A stretch of DNA of 64,000 bases from an uncultured Gammaproteobacteria bacterium. Its GTDB lineage: Bacteria; Patescibacteriota; Patescibacteriia; UBA9934; GWF2-40-263. Where the stretch lies: NCBI GenBank assembly GCA_964499955.1, contig CAZCMI010000001.1, positions 39,485 to 103,484 of the forward strand. Direction: 5' to 3'. Under the pieces are notes generated by a model. That model saw only the letters and a list, made by a program, of their open reading frames with translations, made no database searches and was not told where the DNA came from. A program made the translations under genes and the position numbers. Positions 57,824 to 64,000 of this stretch are shown here, in pieces. The first letter of the stretch is position 1. Each line of letters opens with the position of its first letter.

Positions 57824-59589
57824 GGCGTCCCGGCACCGTCGCGTTGTGGCTGGCCGCCGCCGCGTTGTGTTGCGCGTCGTTCGTTTTGTGGCGGCACGGG
57901 TTTACGTTCCTGTCGCCGGACGAATCGGCCAACGCGTTCTTTGCGCGCACGTTTGCGGAGACGGGGCGGCTGTTCGTGGAAGAACCGTTGAACGCCGAGC
58001 TGGGGGACGCGCTGTATCCGCGCAGCGTCATTTCCCTGGGCGCGCGGGTGGTGCCGGTGGGATTTTTCGGGGTGCCGTTGGTGTTCGGTGCCGTGGCGGC
58101 CGCGTTCGGCCCCTGGGCGATGGCAGCCGTGACGCCGCTGTTGGCCGCGTTGACCGTGCTGGCGTGGGCGGCTGTCTGCGGGCGGTTGTTCGGCGAGCGG
58201 ATCGGGTGGCTTTCCGGCATGCTCTTCGCCGTGCATCCGGCGCTGTGGTACTACGCCTCGCGTTCGTTCATGCCGAATGTGCCGTTCCTGGCGTTTTTGA
58301 CGTTCGCGGCGTTTTTCCTGGTGGCGCGGCCGTTTGCGGACGGTCGGGCGGGGAGGTGGATGGAGAAGGTCGTTGGGGCGCGGAAGGAACTTCTGCCTTT
58401 GTTGGATGCCGCGTGCGCCGGGCTGTGCTTTGGCGCGGCGTTGTTGATTCGCCCGGCGGAAGGACTGTGGGCTGGCGCGGCGATGGCGGCCGTGCTGTGG
58501 TGGACGCGCGCCAAGGGCCGGGCGATGTGGCGCATGCCAGCCGCGTTCGCCGTGGCGTGTTTGGTGGCGTTGGCGCCTTGGCCGTTGTTGAACCGGGACT
58601 TGTACGGCGGCGCGCTCAACACGGGGTATACGCCGACCGCCACGGTATCCTCTGATGACAATGGGAGGGCGGGCTACGCGGCTCCCGACGACAGAGATCC
58701 GACGACCATGAGGGAGGCCGACGTGAAGGAGGCCGAACCGGGTTGGCAGGAGATGTCGGGACGGGAGGCGACTGAAGCGGCGTCGTTGCGCGACCGGATC
58801 GAAACCGCGCTGGAACCTGTGCTGCCGTTCGGCGTCCATCCGCGCCTGGCGTGGGGGGAATTCCAGATGTACGGCTGGGGCATGTTCTGGTGGATGTTCT
58901 TGCTCGCCGCCGTTGGCGTCCCCGCGTTCTTCCGTTCGCAACAAGGGCGGGCGGGCGCGCGTTGGCGGTATGCCGCGCTGGCCGCGGGCGTGTCGGGCTG
59001 GTTGTGGATCATGTACGGCAGCTGGAGTTTCCACGACAATCCCGACCCGACCCAAATCACCATCGGCAATTCGCACGTGCGGTATTGGCTGCCGATCTTC
59101 CTGCTGATGACGCCGCTTGCTGCCGCCGGCGTGGATTGGGCGCTCGGGCATCTGCGTTCCGCGCGGGCACGTGCCGTTCTGCTCGGCGGGTTGTTTGCCG
59201 TCCTCCTGGCGTTGTGCGTGCGCACGGCGTGGTTCATGCCACAGGACGGCCTGCGCGACGCCTTGGCCGCCCTGGAACAATCCGCCATCGCGCGGGAACG
59301 CGTGCTGGCCCGCACGGAGCCGGACGCCGTGGTCATCGTGGACCGGGCGGACAAGATCCTCTTCCCGCACCGTCGCGTGCTCTATCCCCTGCGGGAGGAG
59401 CGCACCTACGCGCTCATGCCCCTCATCGCCGCGCGCGCGCCGTTGTATTATTACGGCATCACCTTCCCGCCGCGAGACGTCGCCTGGCTGAACGCGGAAA
59501 AACTGCCGCCGCTCGGCCTGCAGATCGAAGCGGTGGAGACCGTCGGGGAGGAGACGCTGTATCGGATTTGGGAGGCGGCGAGTGAGTAG
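57820..59589 (+). CDS. GT-C glycosyltransferase, PMT/ArnT-like (GT39/GT83 family)
   Basis: A DE motif in the first extracytoplasmic loop (LSPDESANAFF), ~11 TM segments and a C-terminal soluble domain. ATGA overlap with the PgsA-like gene. Confidence 0.55.
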   Translation: MRRPGTVALWLAAAALCCASFVLWRHGFTFLSPDESANAFFARTFAETGRLFVEEPLNAELGDALYPRSVISLGARVVPVGFFGVPLVFGAVAAAFGPWAMAAVTPLLAALTVLAWAAVCGRLFGERIGWLSGMLFAVHPALWYYASRSFMPNVPFLAFLTFAAFFLVARPFADGRAGRWMEKVVGARKELLPLLDAACAGLCFGAALLIRPAEGLWAGAAMAAVLWWTRAKGRAMWRMPAAFAVACLVALAPWPLLNRDLYGGALNTGYTPTATVSSDDNGRAGYAAPDDRDPTTMREADVKEAEPGWQEMSGREATEAASLRDRIETALEPVLPFGVHPRLAWGEFQMYGWGMFWWMFLLAAVGVPAFFRSQQGRAGARWRYAALAAGVSGWLWIMYGSWSFHDNPDPTQITIGNSHVRYWLPIFLLMTPLAAAGVDWALGHLRSARARAVLLGGLFAVLLALCVRTAWFMPQDGLRDALAALEQSAIARERVLARTEPDAVVIVDRADKILFPHRRVLYPLREERTYALMPLIAARAPLYYYGITFPPRDVAWLNAEKLPPLGLQIEAVETVGEETLYRIWEAASE

Positions 59590-59628
59590 GTATGTCGATG
59601 CCATGGTGCCGAATCGGCGCACGACCAT

Positions 59629-60435
59629 ATGAAAAAACATCTCCCCATTATCACCGCTGCCGTTCTCGCCGCCGCCCCCGCGGTGTTGTTCGGCTGGTTG
59701 GCGTGGCAGGAATTAGTGCCGGGCGGCACGTTTCGTGCGGCCTGGGAGCCGGGGGAGCGGTCGTCGTTCATCGACCCGATCCGGCCGGACCAGCGCGTGC
59801 TGCCGCCGTCGCGCGCGGGCGGGGAGCGCCAGCAGGCCGTGGTAGGCGATCCCGTCTACACCTTCCTGCATCCGCACCGGCATTTCGACGCCGTGTCCTT
59901 GGAAATCCGCTTCCGCAACGAAGGCGTGCCGATCATTGAAGCGGGCGGGTTGGTGCAGGCCGGGCCGGACGAAATCTACGACCTGCATCCGGTGGACAAC
60001 CTGCTCATCGACGGGTCGGCGTGGCCGCGCTTGGAAGAAGACGGCTATGCGTTGTTGCAACGTCAGCCGACATATGCGAGCGTCGACGCATTTTTCCAAC
60101 AGCCGCCCCCGCCGGAGCGCATGGCGACGTATCGCTGCGACCGCTGCACGTGGGAAGGGTCTCCGCGCCTGCTGCCGGAGCTTGATCTCGATGCGGCGGG
60201 CGTGGACTTCGTCATTGCCCGGTATGAAACGCCGCGCCAGGAAGGAAGTTGGAAGGTGGCGACGGTCGATTTGGACCCGTCCAAGATGCTGGCCCAGCGT
60301 GGAGCGTGGAAGGTCGTTCTGTCCGCACCCGGTGCGGGGAAGGACGGCCGCGCCGTGGTGGTGAACCGTCTGGAAGCGACCTTCCGCCGTGACACGCTGC
60401 GGGAAGAACTGCGCAAACGCATGCCCTGGCTATGA
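59629..60435 (+). CDS. hypothetical secreted/anchored protein
   Basis: N-terminal signal/anchor; no known motif. Confidence 0.35.
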   Translation: MKKHLPIITAAVLAAAPAVLFGWLAWQELVPGGTFRAAWEPGERSSFIDPIRPDQRVLPPSRAGGERQQAVVGDPVYTFLHPHRHFDAVSLEIRFRNEGVPIIEAGGLVQAGPDEIYDLHPVDNLLIDGSAWPRLEEDGYALLQRQPTYASVDAFFQQPPPPERMATYRCDRCTWEGSPRLLPELDLDAAGVDFVIARYETPRQEGSWKVATVDLDPSKMLAQRGAWKVVLSAPGAGKDGRAVVVNRLEATFRRDTLREELRKRMPWL

Positions 60436-60806
60436 AAAACCCCCTGCATCGGAGCAACCCATGGGAGTCGGCGGCGCGCATCGTGCTGGCGGCGTCCTTG
60501 GCGTGGTACGCCGCGTTCTGGCTGGCCGACGCGCTGCGGCCGGGTTTCGTTTCCCGATATCTGTCCGTGCATTGGTTCCTGCTGGTAGCCCTGGCTTGCG
60601 CCGGCTGGCTGCTCGTTCTTGGGGTCACATCCGCCAAATGGACGAAGATACCACGCGCATGGCTGCTGCTTGCGCTGCCCGCCGGACTCTTGGCAGGATG
60701 GGTGGCGTGGCGCGTCGGTGCCGGGGCGGGGGAATACCGCGTCTTGCTGGCCCTGCTCGCCTTCACCGCACCGTTTGCCTTGTCGCATGTTCGCCACTCT
60801 TCCTAA
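60432..60806 (+). CDS. small hypothetical 4-TM membrane protein
   Basis: Hydrophobic, Trp-rich. ATGA overlap. Confidence 0.35.
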   Translation: MKNPLHRSNPWESAARIVLAASLAWYAAFWLADALRPGFVSRYLSVHWFLLVALACAGWLLVLGVTSAKWTKIPRAWLLLALPAGLLAGWVAWRVGAGAGEYRVLLALLAFTAPFALSHVRHSS

Positions 60807-60818
60807 CTTCTCCTGCGT

Positions 60819-61226
60819 ATGCCCGACTGCCTCTTTTGCAACATCGCCGCGCGTGAAATCCCCGGGGAAATCGTGTACGAAGACGACCGTACGCTGGCGT
60901 TCCTCGACATCCGGCCGATCAATCCCGGCCACACGCTGATCATTCCGAAGCGGCACGCGGAAAATTTCGCCGTCACACCGCCGGAAGATATCGCCGCCGT
61001 CATGGCCGCGGCACAGAAATTGGCCCCCGCCATTTTGCGCGCCACGGGCGCCGAGGCGTTCAATTTTTCCACCAACAACGGTCGGGCCGCCGGGCAGGTC
61101 GTCTTCCACACGCATTTCCACCTGATGCCGCGCCTCCCCAAGGACGGCTACGAGCATTGGCGCGGGCCGGACGTCCCGGCGGATTTGGCGTCGGTGGGGG
61201 AGAAGATTCGCGCGGCGTTGGCATAG
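60819..61226 (+). CDS. HIT-family (histidine triad) hydrolase
   Basis: C-terminal HTHFHLMPR histidine triad. N-terminus MPDCLFCNIAAREIP. Confidence 0.85.
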   Translation: MPDCLFCNIAAREIPGEIVYEDDRTLAFLDIRPINPGHTLIIPKRHAENFAVTPPEDIAAVMAAAQKLAPAILRATGAEAFNFSTNNGRAAGQVVFHTHFHLMPRLPKDGYEHWRGPDVPADLASVGEKIRAALA

Positions 61227-61234
61227 GCCGCGCG

Positions 61235-61263
61235 TTGACGGGCCGGGCGGGTTCGCGTAGCAT
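61235..61263 (+). promoter_or_regulatory. sigma70-like promoter TTGACG-N17-TAGCAT
   Basis: cgTTGACGggccgggcgggttcgcgTAGCATgc. The downstream GTG start at 61317 is preceded by an SD-like GGAGAAAGGAAG. Confidence 0.45.
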
Positions 61264-61316
61264 GCGAACTCGCCCTTTTTCTCTCCCACCCCGGCATCGC
61301 CGGAGAAAGGAAGCAC

Positions 61317-61970
61317 GTGTTCGCCACGCAAACGTATCGCCTCGCCGCCATCGCCCGGGATATTTTCCACGGCTTGGCCGCGGGGAAGCCCGAGGTCCGT
61401 CGGCTCATCGCTCCGCTGATGGAAGAGCGCATCCGGGAATTTGTCCCGGACGACGCCGATCCGGATCCGCGGGTCGTCCTCGTCTCCTTCGTGGGTGCGG
61501 ACGGCCGGGCAGACGCGCATGAGCCGCGTGGACCCGTCTCGTTGCATGTGCACACGCGGTACAACGCGACGGTGGTGCGCGTGCCGTTCCTGGTCGTGGA
61601 TCTCCGGGTCCGCGCCGGGACGTGGTTCTTCCTCTTCCTTCTGCGGGAGCTGGAGTCCCTGCGTCTCGCACGCATCCGTGCGGCCGAGGCCGACGAGGGC
61701 GCCATGTTCTACGGTCCCCGGGCCGACCAGGACGCGGCAGCGGCGCATCGGTTCGTCGGCACCTTGCTGGAGCGCGTCGCAGGGCCGTTCTTCAACCCCC
61801 GCCTGCGCAAGGTGCGTCGGGCCGCCCCAGCGGATCGCCGTTCGGTGGCAGACACGCTCGCGGAAGATTTCTGCGAGGAAATACGCTACGTGTGGCAAAG
61901 CTGGCCCGGCATGGACGCCGCCTGCCGCGCGTTCATCGCCGACGCCCTCTTCCACGGGGCCGACGTCTGA
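61317..61970 (+). CDS. hypothetical protein
   Basis: 217 aa, GTG start with an SD; no recognised motif. Confidence 0.35.
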   Translation: MFATQTYRLAAIARDIFHGLAAGKPEVRRLIAPLMEERIREFVPDDADPDPRVVLVSFVGADGRADAHEPRGPVSLHVHTRYNATVVRVPFLVVDLRVRAGTWFFLFLLRELESLRLARIRAAEADEGAMFYGPRADQDAAAAHRFVGTLLERVAGPFFNPRLRKVRRAAPADRRSVADTLAEDFCEEIRYVWQSWPGMDAACRAFIADALFHGADV

Positions 61971-62010
61971 TCTCCTGCGGGGGGTCTTTTTTTTATCCGC
62001 CGCGGGCGTC

Positions 62011-62039
62011 TTGCCTCGCGCCAAAAAGGACGGTAACGT
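62011..62039 (+). promoter_or_regulatory. sigma70-like promoter TTGCCT-N17-TAACGT; the -10 ends 9 nt before the rfbB ATG (leaderless-type)
   Basis: cTTGCCTcgcgccaaaaaggacggTAACGTgggcgcattATG. It is preceded by GC-rich sequence and a T8 run that is a likely terminator. Confidence 0.4.
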
Positions 62040-62048
62040 GGGCGCATT

Positions 62049-63053
62049 ATGAAGATTCTCGTTACCGGCGGCTGCGGCTTCATCGGCTCGAATTTCATCC
62101 GGTCCCTGCTGGCCCGGCGCCCCGACGTTTCCCTCGTGAACCTGGACGCGCTGACGTATGCCGGCAACCCGGCCAACCTGCGCTCCGTTGAAAACGATCC
62201 GCGCTACGCCTTCGTCCGCGGCGACATTACGGACGCGGCGTTGTTGGATCGCTTGTTCACCGAGCATGCGTTCGACGCCGTCGTGAACTACGCGGCCGAA
62301 ACCCACGTGGACCGTTCCATTTTGGACCCGGACGTGTTTTTGCGAACCAACGTCATGGGCACGCACCGCCTGCTGGAAGCCGCGAAGAAATTCGGCGTGA
62401 AGAAATTCGTGCAGATTTCCACGGACGAAGTGTACGGGGAAGTGCTCGAGGGCGAGGCGAAGGAAGACCATCCGTTTGCCCCGCGCAGTCCGTATTCCGC
62501 TTCCAAGGCCGCCGCGGACCACCTCTGCCGCGCCTACGCCGAAACCTACGGCCTCCCCGTGGTCGTCACCCACGGCGCCAACATGTACGGTCCGTACCAC
62601 TATCCCGAGAAGGTCATCCCGCTGTTCATCACCAACCTGATGGAAGGAAAGAAGGTTCCGTTGTACGGCGAGGGCGCGCAAATCCGCGAGTGGATGCACA
62701 TCGAGGACCACGCGCGCGCCATCGAACTGATTTTGGAGAAGGGGAACGGCGGCGACGTGTACAATATCGGCACGGGGGAGCGTTTCAGCAACCTGGAGCT
62801 GACGCGCAAGATCCTGGCGGCGATGGAAAAGGGGGAGGAGCACATCGAACGCGTGAAGGACCGCGCCGGGCACGACGCCCGCTACGCCTTGGACGCCCGC
62901 CGCCTGCGCGCCCTGGGCTGGGCGCCGTCCATCTCCTTCAACGACGGCTTGCGGCAGACCATCGCCTGGTACCGGGAAAACGAAGCGTGGTGGAAGCCCA
63001 TCAAAAGCGGGGAATATATCGCCTATTACAAAACGCAGTACCACGACCGGTAA
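62049..63053 (+). CDS. rfbB: dTDP-glucose 4,6-dehydratase
   Basis: MKILVTGGCGFIGSNFIR...NLDALTYAGN...AAETHVDRS...YSASKAA, a full RmlB signature. Confidence 0.9.
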   Translation: MKILVTGGCGFIGSNFIRSLLARRPDVSLVNLDALTYAGNPANLRSVENDPRYAFVRGDITDAALLDRLFTEHAFDAVVNYAAETHVDRSILDPDVFLRTNVMGTHRLLEAAKKFGVKKFVQISTDEVYGEVLEGEAKEDHPFAPRSPYSASKAAADHLCRAYAETYGLPVVVTHGANMYGPYHYPEKVIPLFITNLMEGKKVPLYGEGAQIREWMHIEDHARAIELILEKGNGGDVYNIGTGERFSNLELTRKILAAMEKGEEHIERVKDRAGHDARYALDARRLRALGWAPSISFNDGLRQTIAWYRENEAWWKPIKSGEYIAYYKTQYHDR

Positions 63054-63054
63054 T

Positions 63055-63900
63055 ATGAAGATCCTCATTTTCGGCAAAGGCATGGTGGGAAGCCGCTGCG
63101 CGGAGGCGTGGCCCGACGCCGTGTTGTCCGACGTCCGCGTCGTCACGAAAGAGGACGCCTTGGCGGAAATCCGCCGCCACAACCCCGACGCCGTGTTGAA
63201 CGCCGCGGGCGTGACCGGCAAGCCGAACGTGGACTGGTGCGACCAGCCGGGCAACCAGCTGCCGACCATCCTCGGCAATACGCTCATGCCCATCGTGCTG
63301 GCCCAGGCCTGCCAGGAAGCGGGCGTGTACCTGCTGCACGTCGGTTCCGGCTGCATCTTCTACGGCGACTCCCCGCACGCGGACAAGAAATGGCGCGAGG
63401 ACGACTTCGGCAACCCGCTGCCCGCCTATTCCCGCAGCAAGTGGGCGGCCGACCTGGTGCTTTCCACCCTGCCGAACGTCGGGATCGCGCGCATCCGCAT
63501 GCCGCTGGACCACCAGCCCGGTTCGCGCAACCTCATCGACAAACTGGCAAAATACCCGAAGGTCATCGACGTGGAAAACAGCGTCACGGTGGTGGACGAC
63601 ATGGTGGACGCCTTCCGGCAGTTGCTCGAAAAGAAGGGGGAGGGGATTTTCCACGTGACTAATCCCGGCACGATCAAGCACCGCGAACTGCTGGGCTTGT
63701 ACGAAGAACTGGTCGATCCGTCCCACACGAACGAATGGATCACGGCCGAGGAATTGGTAACCACCGGGCTGGCCACGAAACTCCGCAGCAACAACTTCAT
63801 GCATTCCAGCCGGTTGGAGGCGCTTGGGATCCACATGCGTCCGGCGAAGGAGGCGTTGCGCGACACGATGGAAAAGTATGCCCGCTTGACCCGCCCGTAG
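63055..63900 (+). CDS. RmlD-like sugar-nucleotide reductase (dTDP-4-dehydrorhamnose reductase family)
   Basis: MKILIFGKGMVGS...NAAGVTGKPNVDWCD...YSRSKWAAD matches the RmlD substrate-binding family. It lies immediately after rfbB. Confidence 0.6.
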   Translation: MKILIFGKGMVGSRCAEAWPDAVLSDVRVVTKEDALAEIRRHNPDAVLNAAGVTGKPNVDWCDQPGNQLPTILGNTLMPIVLAQACQEAGVYLLHVGSGCIFYGDSPHADKKWREDDFGNPLPAYSRSKWAADLVLSTLPNVGIARIRMPLDHQPGSRNLIDKLAKYPKVIDVENSVTVVDDMVDAFRQLLEKKGEGIFHVTNPGTIKHRELLGLYEELVDPSHTNEWITAEELVTTGLATKLRSNNFMHSSRLEALGIHMRPAKEALRDTMEKYARLTRP

Positions 63901-64000
63901 CCGCGTGTTAGGTTCGTGCGTCCGCCGCATGGAGCGTGCGGACGATGCTTTCCGTGCGGAATGTGCGGGAAGAGGAGAACGAGTACATGGAACGTGAGAA

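Noticed and set aside
62049-63900. A complete dTDP-L-rhamnose pathway.
   Set aside because: Only the RfbB and RmlD-like genes are inside the window. rmlA and rmlC were not seen here and may lie beyond 64000.

Overview
This is a high-GC (~70%), compact bacterial chromosomal segment, almost entirely transcribed on the + strand.

**Core block (5' ~14 kb).**
- Housekeeping genes run in the order ybeY, dgkA, ftsA, ftsZ, htrA, pyk.
- They are followed by tRNA-Asp (minus), the rplT-rpmI-infC operon (minus) and smpB-ssrA (tmRNA, minus).
- After these come an AI-2E transporter and several small membrane proteins.

**Cell-envelope region (the rest of the window).**
- A catalytically degenerate HtrA paralog and a Wzz-like protein.
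- A secreted coiled-coil protein with a C-terminal beta-barrel-like domain ending in Phe.
- Lipoproteins, including a ~1060-aa cysteine-rich MopE-like repeat protein.
- An O-antigen-ligase-family protein and two GT4 glycosyltransferases.
- A regulatory module: an HTH protein with a palindromic operator, and an ECF sigma factor with a candidate sigmaE-type promoter and a putative anti-sigma.
- Three giant secreted proteins (~1220, 2395 and 860 aa) plus an S8 subtilisin. All four share a ~115-aa module that I do not recognise, at the N-terminus in one protein and the C-terminus in the other three.
- A ~23-kb glycan biosynthesis island (40.4-63.9 kb). It holds GT2 and GT4 enzymes including a GT2-GT4 fusion, three GT-C-like membrane enzymes including a PMT/ArnT-like one, Dpm1-like synthases, a UDP-xylose synthase, RfbB and RmlD-like enzymes, and a CDP-alcohol phosphatidyltransferase.

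**Recurrent cis-features.**
- Consensus sigma70 promoters (TTGACA-17-TATAGT).
- A family of extended -10 promoters (TGnTATACT) fused to upstream terminator hairpins.
- A conserved CCTATGTCC start-codon context in place of a Shine-Dalgarno sequence.
- Numerous ATGA stop/start overlaps.

No CRISPR arrays, transposases or integrases were seen. Long antisense ORFs in the track are high-GC artefacts.
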